50,760 bases of DNA, from NCBI GenBank assembly GCA_964372275.1, contig CAYJRR010000013.1:1-50760 (forward strand), in the 5' to 3' direction. The notes under the pieces are model-generated. The model was given only the letters and a program-made list of their open reading frames with translations. It was not told the origin of the DNA and made no database searches. The stretch is from an uncultured bacterium (GTDB lineage: Bacteria; CAYJRR01). The position numbers and the translations under genes are program-made. This document shows positions 1 through 10,700 of this stretch, piece by piece. Position 1 is the stretch's first letter. Every line of letters starts with the position of its first letter.

Positions 1-2300
1 TGGTTCCCGGCCATCTGGAACGTCGGCTTGTCGTTGACGGCGGTGACGACGATGTTGAAGGTCTGCGGATCGCTGGTGTCGATCCCGCTGTTCGCGGTGC
101 CGCCGCTGTCCTGAACCCGGACGGTGACGGTCGCCGTTCCGTTTTGGCCGGGGCTGGGGGTGAAGGTGAGGTCGCCGGAGGCGACGTCGATCGACGGTCC
201 GGAGCTGAAGAGGCCGGGGTTGTTGGTGGAGACGATGTAGGCGAGGACGGTCTGGGCCGACTCATTGGCGTGTCCCTCCCAGTCGACCGGCATCGCCGGG
301 GAGGTGGTGTTGCTCGGCTGGGCGAAGTTGACGACGGTCTGGGCGCCGGCGTCCTCCAGGACGGTCTGGTTCCCTCCCTTGGTGAAGGTCGGCTTGTCGT
401 TGACGGCGGTGACGACGATGTTGAACGTCTGGGGGTCGCTGGTGTCGACGCCGCTGTTCGCCGTGCCGCCGTTGTCCTGCACCCGGACGGTGACGACCGC
501 CGTGCCGTTGGCGTTGGAGGCGGGGGTGTAGGTCAGGTCTCCGGTCGTGATGTTGATCGTCGGGCCGGCCGAGAAGAGGCCCGGGTTGTCGGTGGAGACG
601 AGATACGCGAGCACGGTCTGCGCCGATTCGTTGCTCACGCCCAGGTGGTGCTCCCAGTTCGAGGGGGTGGTGGGAGCGGTGGTGTTGCTCGGCTGGGCGA
701 AGTTGACGACGGTCTGCGCGCCCGCGTCCTCGAGTACGGTCTGGTTGCCCCCCTTCTGGAAGGTCGGCTTGTCGTTGACCTGGTTGACGGTGATGGTGAA
801 GGTCGCCGGATCGCTGGTGTCGATGCCGCCGTTGGCCACGCCGCCGTCGTCCTTCACCTGGACGGTGACCGTCGCGACGCCGATCTGGTCGGTCGCGGGG
901 GTGAAGGTGAGGGTTCCCGTGTTCGAGACGTCCGGCTGGACCGAGAAGAGCGCGTTGTTGCTGTTGGTGACGATGTAGTCGAGGACCGCCTGCTGGTTGG
1001 CCCCTCCGGTCTCCTCGTCGACCGGACCGGGATCGAAGGCGGAGGTCTGCGCGGCGGAGTAGGCGCCGCTGTCCTCCAGCACGGTTTTGTTCGTGCCGAC
1101 GGTGAAGGTCGGCTTGTCGTTCACCGGGGTGACGTCGATCGAGAAGACGACGGTGTTGCCGGTCAGGCCGTCACCCGCGCCCGTCGTCGCGGCGCCGTCG
1201 TCGGAGATCGTGACGGTGACGGTCGCGATGCCGTTCTTGTCCGCGAGCACCGTATAGGTGAGGTTGGCCGTGGGGGCCGTGTCGGCGACGACCGGGCCGG
1301 TCGTGAAGAAGCCCGCCGTGTAGCTCTCGGCGAAGGTGATCACGTCGGTCGATTCGTTGGTGACCGGCTCCGGCCCTTTGTTGACCGGATTGGCCCAACC
1401 GGTGACCGTTTGCGGTGCCGGGCTCGGGTCCTCCAGGATCGTCAGGTTCCCCCCGCCCACGAAGCTGGGGGCATCGTTGACCTCGGTGATCGTGACGGTG
1501 AACGTGTCGGCCGTCGGATTGCTGTCGCCGGAGTCGCCGTTCTCGGGGTTGACGGTGATCGTGATCGACGAGCCGTTGTTGTTCTCGTTCAAGGCGGGGG
1601 TGATCGTGAGCCTGCGTCTCGCGACGAAGCCAATGGATCCGGAAGCCAGCTCCGTACCGACCGAGCTGTAGACGATGTTCGAATTGGGGATGACCGTGGT
1701 GTTGGCGGACGCGCCGGAGATCGTCACGTTCCCGATGGTTTCGTAGTCGTCGATCACGGTGTAGTCGACCGACACCGACTCGTCCTCGTTGACGGTTTGG
1801 TTGGACGGCACCGTGTTCCAGGCGACGTTGTCGTTTCCGCTCGAAGTGATCGTTACCGTGACGTCGCCGGTGCAGCTCGCGCTGTTGTTGTTGTTCCAAG
1901 CCTTGTAGGTGAGCGACACCGTGCCGACGAAGTTCTTCACCGGAATGAATTGGATCTCCTTCATCCGGGTGCTGGACGAGTTGCCGCGTGGACAGTTCAA
2001 CGTGTTTCCGCTCAGGGCCTGCGCCGGACTCTCCGAGATGCACGCACTCGGGCTCAGGTCCCCCCGGAAGTCGAAGCCCATCCCACCGGGCGAGGGACTG
2101 AACGTATCGCTCGTCGGGATGACCTGCCAGTTGACGTTGGACGTGGCGTCCTCGCTGGCGGAGGTCGAGGCGGTGTTGCAGGGGGCGGTCGTCACCTCCT
2201 GTTGGCGCAGCGCGACGTCGTCCGGATCGAGTCCGCAGGCGTACGCACCGGCGCACCCGAGCGCCAGTGCCCACAATCGCCGTGGAACCCGACCGAGCAA
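1..2300 (-). CDS. Large secreted/lipoprotein with tandem Ig-like (cadherin-like, VNDKP) repeats; 3' end runs off the window
   Basis: Absent from the ORF track because there is no stop in the window. Manual translation of the minus frame gives MLGRVPRRLWALALGCAGAYACG..., then repeats such as VNDKP...SGDLTFTPSPGQNGTATVTV. The TTG start at 2300 follows GGGGGG and is tentative. Confidence 0.85.
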   Translation of the reverse strand, partial: MLGRVPRRLWALALGCAGAYACGLDPDDVALRQQEVTTAPCNTASTSASEDATSNVNWQVIPTSDTFSPSPGGMGFDFRGDLSPSACISESPAQALSGNTLNCPRGNSSSTRMKEIQFIPVKNFVGTVSLTYKAWNNNNSASCTGDVTVTITSSGNDNVAWNTVPSNQTVNEDESVSVDYTVIDDYETIGNVTISGASANTTVIPNSNIVYSSVGTELASGSIGFVARRRLTITPALNENNNGSSITITVNPENGDSGDSNPTADTFTVTITEVNDAPSFVGGGNLTILEDPSPAPQTVTGWANPVNKGPEPVTNESTDVITFAESYTAGFFTTGPVVADTAPTANLTYTVLADKNGIATVTVTISDDGAATTGAGDGLTGNTVVFSIDVTPVNDKPTFTVGTNKTVLEDSGAYSAAQTSAFDPGPVDEETGGANQQAVLDYIVTNSNNALFSVQPDVSNTGTLTFTPATDQIGVATVTVQVKDDGGVANGGIDTSDPATFTITVNQVNDKPTFQKGGNQTVLEDAGAQTVVNFAQPSNTTAPTTPSNWEHHLGVSNESAQTVLAYLVSTDNPGLFSAGPTINITTGDLTYTPASNANGTAVVTVRVQDNGGTANSGVDTSDPQTFNIVVTAVNDKPTFTKGGNQTVLEDAGAQTVVNFAQPSNTTSPAMPVDWEGHANESAQTVLAYIVSTNNPGLFSSGPSIDVASGDLTFTPSPGQNGTATVTVRVQDSGGTANSGIDTSDPQTFNIVVTAVNDKPTFQMAGN

Positions 2301-2665
2301 ACGACCCCCCCGAAAATCGAAAAGACGACGAGCAGGGCTTCCGCCCCGTCCGTCGACGTCGTCTTCGAAATCCCCCCGAACGAATCGCGTACTTCGAGAC
2401 AAATAGTAACATGGATCACAGTCCGGCCGATCCATGGCATTTTTGATGATTTTTCCTAATATTAAACAAATAGATCCACGAGATTCTTAAGACCGTTTCG
2501 AGGTCGAGTGTCGGCCCGTAGCGGCGAAATATGGCAAAAAGTGGGCGATTTCGCGCACCCCTGGCGGGCCGTGCCGCGTCCGACGGGCGGTGAGGGCGGA
2601 CGTCGACGACGCCGCCACGGGTGGGCGCCCGATGAATTCGACGGTCGAGTGGGGGGCGCTCCGAC

Positions 2666-4657
2666 CTACCAGTTCACGATTCGATCCCAGTCCTCGATCG
2701 AGATCCCCTCGGCGTAGGGGGAGGCGTACCCAAGGGTGCGGATCGAATCGAACAGCTCTTCGGCGCGCTCGACGAGCGCCGACAGTTCGTCCGGGTCGTT
2801 GGAATCGCCCAAGACCTGGAAGGCGAGCAGGTTCACCGACTCGCCGGGTCCGAGCGCCAGGTCGTATTCCGCCGACCACTCCCCCGGGACGAGGAGAGGG
2901 TCGAGACGCACGTAGCGGCCCGGCACCATCGCCGCCATCACGTCAGGAAACGCGCCGCCGAAGCCGTCGGGAGCGGTGGTGTCGACGGCGAACATCATCG
3001 TTCCCGCGGTGGTGACCACGCCGCCGCCGTCACTCCCCAGGTCCCCCTCCATCCGCAACGTGAACAGACGGTCGTCGTCGTTCGGATTGGTCACGGTGTC
3101 GAGGTGGCGGATCCAGTGTCCGCCGGCGTAGGGGGCGTAGATCGAACGGGAGAGGTCGATGGCATGGCCATCGTCGTCGAGTCGCCGCGCGGGGAGCCGC
3201 ACCGACCGCGGCAGCAGCACCGTCTCGCCGGTCCAGCCGGCGAGCCCCGCTTCGCATCCTCCGTTCGTCACGTAGTCGATCGCCTGGCCGTCGATCAGGC
3301 GGACGTCGTCGACGTACACGCCGTGCGGTTTGGTGTCGGACAGCCCGGCGAAGAACTCGCTCACCCCCTCGGGCCCCCCTCCCCAGACGTCGAAACGAAG
3401 GCGCACCCGCTTCCCGGCGAGACCCAGCGGCAGCAGGTCGATCGCATGGCTCTGAAACGTTTCTCCCGGGGAGGCGGTGATGCCGTCGGTCGTGACCACG
3501 GCCACCACGATCGGCGGGATGCCGTCGGTGAGGTTCTCGACCGACACCTGGTACCGCGCGCCGGTCGCCTTGTCGCCGAGTCGATAGAAGTCGTCCCACG
3601 ACAGCGTCAGCGCAGACGGCTGCGCCGGAAGCTGCATCTCCTGGTAGGCGCCGGCGTAGCCGAGCGGCCGGAGGTGGCAACTGGCCAACCCCTCGGATCG
3701 GTAGCCGTTCCAATCGTCTACCGCCTCCCGCCGGAGGCTGGCGACCGTCTCCCGAGGACCTTCGAAGACGATCTCGGCGGCCGGAATGCACGGGAACGAG
3801 TCGTCGGTGATGTCGTTCACGTCCTCGTCGTCGTCCGTGTTCTGGATGTTCGGCAAGTGCGCCATCGGCCACCAGACGTCGTCGTAGGTGTCGGAGCCGC
3901 CGTCGGCGACGGTGCCGCGGCAGGTCAGGTCCCAGACGTGGCGGAAGGTCCGGGCGGGGTCGACGGTGGCGTCGGTCCACTCGCTTCCGGTCAGCAGGGC
4001 CATCGAACCGTCGGACTCCCTGCCGGCGGCGCCGGCCGGAACGGTGGTCGAGAGGCCGAACGCCTCGACGGTGACCGTGGCGAAGCCGGGGGCCAGGAAC
4101 GAGACCGCCGCGGTGGCGCCGGTTCCGGTCACCGCGACGGCGGTGGGGGCGCTGCTGGACCAACGCGCGCCGTGGGCGGGAACGAGGCCGAGCGCGCTCT
4201 CCACGGTGGCCGCGACCGTGGTCGCCGTGCCGACCAGGCCGTGGACGGCGAGCCGATCGACGACCAGACGCTCTCCGCGCGTGCGGTAGGTCGAAACGAC
4301 GTCGGCTCCGAGGAGAGCGCCCTCGGCGCTTCGGACGGTGCCGCGCACCGTGATCGCGTGCGGCTCGAACAGCCCCGCCGGAGAGAGGCGCTGGTGGCGC
4401 AGGGTGCGGCCGTCGGCGTCGACCGTGACGACCCCTTCGACGAGTCCGTCCGGCCCGAGCAGGCGCAGCCCGTTCCCGACGGTCGCCGGGTCGAGCGGGT
4501 GGCTGAACCGCACGACGACCGCGGCCCCCGGATCGACCTCTTCCGCGCCGGGGGCGGGGGAGATCGACTCGATCGCCAGCGGCTCGGACAACGGATACGA
4601 CGCCGGCGTGCACGCCCCTAAGCCCGAGGCCACCGCGAGGAGTCCGATCCCACGCAT
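2666..4657 (-). CDS. Lipoprotein with N-terminal Ig-like (Big_5/SbsA-type) domain and uncharacterised beta-rich C-terminal region
   Basis: Lipobox-like LGAC; ISPAPGAEEVDPGAAVVVRFSHPLDPATV is typical of Big_5; 663-aa ORF. Confidence 0.8.
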   Translation of the reverse strand: MRGIGLLAVASGLGACTPASYPLSEPLAIESISPAPGAEEVDPGAAVVVRFSHPLDPATVGNGLRLLGPDGLVEGVVTVDADGRTLRHQRLSPAGLFEPHAITVRGTVRSAEGALLGADVVSTYRTRGERLVVDRLAVHGLVGTATTVAATVESALGLVPAHGARWSSSAPTAVAVTGTGATAAVSFLAPGFATVTVEAFGLSTTVPAGAAGRESDGSMALLTGSEWTDATVDPARTFRHVWDLTCRGTVADGGSDTYDDVWWPMAHLPNIQNTDDDEDVNDITDDSFPCIPAAEIVFEGPRETVASLRREAVDDWNGYRSEGLASCHLRPLGYAGAYQEMQLPAQPSALTLSWDDFYRLGDKATGARYQVSVENLTDGIPPIVVAVVTTDGITASPGETFQSHAIDLLPLGLAGKRVRLRFDVWGGGPEGVSEFFAGLSDTKPHGVYVDDVRLIDGQAIDYVTNGGCEAGLAGWTGETVLLPRSVRLPARRLDDDGHAIDLSRSIYAPYAGGHWIRHLDTVTNPNDDDRLFTLRMEGDLGSDGGGVVTTAGTMMFAVDTTAPDGFGGAFPDVMAAMVPGRYVRLDPLLVPGEWSAEYDLALGPGESVNLLAFQVLGDSNDPDELSALVERAEELFDSIRTLGYASPYAEGISIEDWDRIVNW

Positions 4658-4731
4658 ACGGTGATCGTATCAGCAGTCGAGGGGCGCCACGGCAGCTCGT
4701 CGTCCTCGTGGCGGACCGCGGCGCCCGGACC

Positions 4732-7700
4732 TCATCGGTCGGCGAGGAGACGGCGCCCGATGACCGCGGCGGCGGCGAGGAGCAGGGCCAGCGGCAGGCC
4801 GCTGTCGCGCCGGACGCGAAGCGGCGTGACCTGGCAAGCGTGCGGTGCCGCCGGCTCCGGTTCGAGATCGATCGGGGCGGCGATCGGGTCGGCTCCGGGA
4901 CCGTCGTCGCGAAGGACCCAGTGGTAGTGGCCTTTCGGGAGCGGCATGTCCGACGCGAACGACGGCAGACCCCGCGCGGCGCGCGCGAGGTCGATCACCG
5001 GTCCGCCCGGGCCGCCGGCGCGGAGCCCGAGCGTGAGTCGCGCGCCGAGGCCGGCGGTCCCGTCCGGCGCGGGGGTTCCGTCGGGCGCCCTTCGCGTCGG
5101 GATCGCCGCCGGACGGAGGACGACCTCGACCGACGCGGGGGTCGCCACCTCGAACGCCCCCTCCGCGATCGGCGGGCTCGCCACCGCCTCAAACCACGAC
5201 GGAACGGGCTCCCCGGGCGCAGGCGGTCTCGAGACGATGCCGACCCACGGGATGTCGATGCGGAGTCTCGGTGCGAGACGCGCCACCGGCACGGACGGGG
5301 CGCGCGCCGCGTCGCGCGCGTCTCGGCGTCCGATCGGCGGCGTCTGGATCGACACCGGCTCGGTCGAGGGCTGCGGAGTCGAGGCGGGGGCCGCCGGAGC
5401 GGCGACCGAGAAGGAGACCACCTTCGGACTCGAGTCGAGCTCGCCGTCGGTGGCGTAGAAGGTGAGGCTGTCGGAGCCTTCGAAGCCGGCGTCGGGGGTG
5501 AAGGTCAGCGTCGCAGCCGTTCCGGCGATGGCGCCGTGGGCCGGGAGGCTCGCCAGGACGAAGGTCAGAACGTCGCCGTCGACGTCGGTCGCCGACAGCG
5601 TGAAGGTCGCCGGCGTGTCCGGTTCCGTGCCGACGCTCTGTGCGACGGCGACGGGGCGGTCGTTGACGGGGGCGATGGCGACGGTCACCTCGGCCTCGGC
5701 CGAGCTGTCGGTGCCGTCGTTCACGCGGAAGGTGAAGCGGTCGGCGCCGTTCGCGTCGGTGCTCGGCACGTAGGTGAGCGATGGGGCGGTGCCGGTGAGC
5801 GTTCCACGCGCGGGGGGGGTCACGATGGCGTAGGTCAGGGCGCTCCCCTCCACCGGATCGGATCCGGTCAGCGCCACCTGGACCGGAACGTCCTCGTCGG
5901 TCGTCACGGCGGATCCGGTCGCCGCCGGCGGGTCGTTCACCGACGCGACCGAAAGCGAGACGGTCGCCGCGCCGCTGTCGACGGCCATCCCCCCTGCGCT
6001 GCTGGCGGAGGCGACGTAGGTGAACAGGTCCGAACCGAAGAAGTTCGGCTCCGGGGTGTAGACCAGGTCGGGGGCCGTTCCGGAGACCGTCCCGTGGGAC
6101 GGGCCGGTCACGATGCGGAAGGCGAGCGGTTCCCCTTCGACGTCGGAGCCGGTGAGCGTGACCGCGGCCGATCCGTCCTCGTCGACGGCCACCGACTTGG
6201 CGTCGGCGGTCGGCGGGTCGTCGACGGCGTTCACCGTGATCGAGACGGTCGCGGCCTCCGAGTTGAGGGAGCCGTCGCGGACGCGGAAGGTGAATGCGTC
6301 CGGCCCGGCGTAGTTCCCGTCCGGAACGTACTTCACGTTCGGCACGATCCCGGTGAGCGTTCCGTGGACGGGGAGGGTGAGCACCGTGTAGGCGACGGCG
6401 CTCTGCTCGACCGGGTCGTGGCCTTCGAGGACGATCGTCAACGCGGTGTCCTCGGGCGTCGAGACCGATTGGCTCTCGGCGACAGGCCGGTCGTTGACCT
6501 CGGCGATCGTGAGGGTGACCGTCGCCGCGCCCGATTCGACCGTCCCGTCGGCCGCGGCGAAGGTAAAACTGTCCGGGCCGACGACGTTTGCGTTCGGGGT
6601 GTAGACGAAGTTGGGGGCGTTGCCCGAGAGCGACCCTTTCGACGGCGGGGTCACGAGCGAATAGGAGAGGGGATCGCCGTCGACGTCGGTTCCGGCCACC
6701 ACCACCGCCGTCGGCGTGTCCTCGGGAACGCCGACCGCCTGCGCCGTGGCGACCGGCGGGTCGTTGACGGGGGTGACGGTGATCGAAACGGTCACGATCT
6801 CCGAGAAGAGAAAAGGGTCACGGGCCCGGAAGGTGAACGAGTCGACGCCGTGGAAGTTCGGCTTCGGCGCGTAGCTCCTCGTCGCGCCGCTGCCGCTCAA
6901 CGTCCCGTGGGCGGGCGAGGTCACGACGAAGTACTGAAGCGCCGAGCCCTCCACGTCGGAGGCGGTGAGCGGGATCGACGCCACGATGTCCTCGGGCGTC
7001 TCCGCCGACGACCCCTCGGCCCTCGGGGCGTCGTTCACGGCCGCGATGGTGATCGCCACGGTGCGCTCCGCCGACGCGGCGTTCCCGTCGGAGACGACAT
7101 ACCGGAAGCTGTCGGCGCCGGTCTGGTTCGGGTTCGGGGTGTAGGTCCGCGCGGCCCCCTCGCCGCCGATCGTCCCTTTGGTCGGTTCGACCACGATCTC
7201 GAAGGTGAGCGAATCGCCGTCGGCATCGCTCCCCGGGAGCGTGAACCCCTTCGGCACGTCCTCCACCGCGGAGAGCGAGAGGTTCGCCGTCACCGGCGCG
7301 TCGTTCACCGGGTTCACCGTCAGCGTCACCACCGCCGGCGCGCTGAAGGTCGATCCCTCCTTGGCGCGGTATTCGAAGGAGTCCTCGCCGGCGTAGTTCA
7401 ACGACGGCTTGTAGGTCCGGATGGCGCCGGCTCCGACGATCGATCCGTGCGACGGTGCGCGCGTGATGTAGTAGTAGAGCGTTCCCCCTTCGGCCGCCGA
7501 TCCCGACAGGGTGATCGCGACCGGCGTGTCCTCGTCGGTCGTCGCCTCCTGCGAAACGGCCGTCGGCGGATCGACGACGCGGGAGATCGAGATCGTCACC
7601 GACTTGGCCGGGGAGTCGGCCGTTCCGTCGGACGCCTTGTAGGTGAAGCTGTCGGCGCCCCAGGCGTTGGCGTTCGGAACGTACAGGAATGCCGGCGATT

Positions 7701-10700
7701 CGCCCGACAGCGTCCCCTTGGTGGGGGGGGTGACGATCGAGAACTGCAGCGCGTCGCCATCGGCGTCGGTGCCGGTGAGCGTGATCGGTTTCGGCGCGTC
7801 CTCGACCGTGGCGAGGCTTCGCGGCGCGACGACCGGCGCGTCGTTCACGGGTCCGACCTCGACCGTGACCGTCGCCACCTCCGAATAGGCCCCGCCGTTG
7901 TCCCGCACCTTGAATCGGAAGCTGTCCGGCCCGTGGTAGTTCGGAAGACCCTTGTAGGTACGGCTGCTGCCTGTGCCGCTCAACGTTCCGTGCGACGGCG
8001 GCGTCACCAGGACGTAGACCGGCGTGGCTCCCTCCGGATCGCTGGCGGAGAGCAGGACCGGTTTCGGCGTGTCCTCGTCGGCGGAGATCGTCTGCGGGTG
8101 GGCGACCGGCGGGTCGTTCACCGCGAGAACGTTGATCGACACCGTCGCCACGTTCGACTCGAGCGCGCCGCTCGTCGCCTTGAAGGTGAAGCTGTCGGGG
8201 CCGGTGACGTTGGGGTTCGGCGTGTAGAGCAGGTCGGGGGCCGTTCCGGAGAGCACGCCCTTGGCCGGCGGACCGACGACGGTGTAGGCGACCTCCCCCT
8301 CCACGTCGGAGGCGACGAGGACGATCGCCTTCGGCGTGTCCTCCATTGTCGTCACCGACTGCGGATTGGCGACGAGCGTCGAGTCGGCGACCGGCAGAAC
8401 GGCGATCGTCACCGTCGCCGCGGCGGAGAAAACCTGGCCGTCCTTCGCCTTGAAGGTGAAGCTGTCCTGGCCGTGGAAGTTCGCCTCGGGCTTGTAGGTC
8501 TTGACCGTGCCGCTGCCGGTCAGCGTCCCGTGCGCGGGGAAGGAGGCGATGGCGAAGGTGACCGGCGATCCCTCCACGGGATCGGAGCCCGCCAACGTGA
8601 TCGCCACCGGCACGTCTTCGGAGGTCGTCACCGACTGCTCGTTCGCCACCGGGGGGTCGTTGACCGGCTGCACGGCGATCGTCACGGCCTTTGGCTCGGA
8701 GACGAGCTCCGCATCGCGCGCGACGAAGGTGAAGCCGTCGGGGCCGCTGACGTTGGCGTTCGGCGTGTAGGTCCAGCTCGCGCCGCTGCCGGCGAGCGTC
8801 CCCTTCGCCGGCGCGGTCACAACCTCGTAGGTGACCGGATCGCCGTCGGGGTCGGTCGCCAGCAAGGTGACGACCTTCGGGGTGTCCTCGGCGGTGGAGA
8901 AGGAACGCGGCGTCGCCACCGGAGGATCGTTCACCGGCGTCACCTGGATCGTCACCGTCGCGACCGGCGAGTTGACCGCGCCGTCGCGCACGCGGAAGCG
9001 GAAGGTGTCGGTGCCGAAGAAGTTGAGGCGCGGGACGTAGGTGCGCGTCGAACCAACGCCGGTCAGTGTCCCCTTCGTCGGATAGGTGACGATGGCGTAG
9101 GTCAGGACCGCCCCCTCGACGTCGGCGGCCTGGAGGGTGATCTCGACCGCCGTCTCCTCGGGGGTCGTCACCGTCTGGGCATGGGCGACGGGAGCGTCGT
9201 TCACCGGACTCACCTGGATCGACACGGTCGCCGGCTCGGAGTCGCCGGTGCCGTCGTGGGCAACGAAGGTGAAGCTGTCCGGACCGTGGAAGTTCGAGTT
9301 TGGGCGGTAGGTCAGCAGCGGGGGCGTTCCGACGAGCGTGCCGTGCGCCGGAGGGGTGGCGACCGAGTAGAGCAGCGGATCGGCATCGGGGTCGGTGGCG
9401 ACCAACACCACCGCTTTCGGCATGTCCTCGCTGGTGAGGATCGAACGCGCCAGCGCGGTCGGCACGCCGTCGTTCACCGGGGTGATTGTGATCTCGACCG
9501 TCGTCACGGCGGAGTAGAGCCCGCCGTTCTGCGGAAGCCCGTCCCGCACGCGGAAGGTGAACTTGTCGACCCCGTGGACGTTCGCCCGCGGCGAGTAGGT
9601 CAAGTTGGGGGCGGCGCCGGAGAGGATCCCCTTCGTCGGGAAGCTCGCCACATGGAAGGTGAGCGGGCTTCCTTCCACGGGATCGCTGCCCGCGAGCGTG
9701 ATCGGAATCGCCGTGTCCTCCGCGGTGACGACCGACTGCGCCTCGGCGGTCGGCGGGTCGTTCCGCGGCGCGACGGCGAAGGTGACCGTTCCGGCCGACG
9801 AGACCAACGCCCCATCGCCGGCGGTGAAGGTCATGACGTCGGTGCCGTTGAAGTTCGGGTTCGGCGTGTAGGTGAGGTTCGGCGCGTCGCCGGAGAGGGT
9901 TCCGTTGGAGGGGACGGCGAGAACGGTGAAGGCGAGAGGGGCCCCCTCCGGGTCGAGCGCGGCGAGGGTGAAGGCCTTCGGCGTGTCCTCGACCACGGGG
10001 ACCGCCTTGGTCGATGCGCGCGGAGCGTCGTCGACCCCGTTCACGGTGATCGTCACGGTGGCCACCGCCGAGGTCTGGCTCGCGTCCTTCGCCTTGTAGG
10101 TGAAGGTGTCGGTTCCGGCGAAGTCGGCGATCGGGGTGTAGGTGAGCTCCGGAGCCGTCCCCGACAGCGATCCCTTGCCCGGAGTGGCGACGATCTGGAA
10201 GGTGACCGGAGACCCTTCCACCGGGTCGGATCCGACGAGCGTGACCGCCACCGCCGTGTCTTCGTCGGTCGAGACCGAGAGCGATCCGGCGACCGGGGGA
10301 TCGTTCACCGCGTTCACGACGAGCGAGACGATCGCCGGCTCCGACGAGAGCAGACCGTCGTTGGCGAGGAACGAGAAGCTGTCGGTGCCGTTGAAGTGGG
10401 CGTTCGGGGTGTAGACGAGGTTCGGTTCCGCGCCGGAAAGCGTGCCGTTGGTCGGCTGGGTGAGCACGGTGTAGGTCAGCATTGTGCCGTCGGCGTCGGT
10501 GCCGGCGAGCGCGAACGACTTCGAGCCGTCCTCGCCGAGGGTGTAGCTCGCGGCGATCGCGACCGGCGCGTCGTTGACGGCCGTGATCCCGATCGAGACT
10601 GTCGCGGGGGTGGAGGCGAGAAGACCGTCGTGTGCGGCGAAGGTGAAGCTGTCGGCCCCGTCGACGTCCGGGTTCGGGGTGTAGACCAGGCTCCCGCCCG

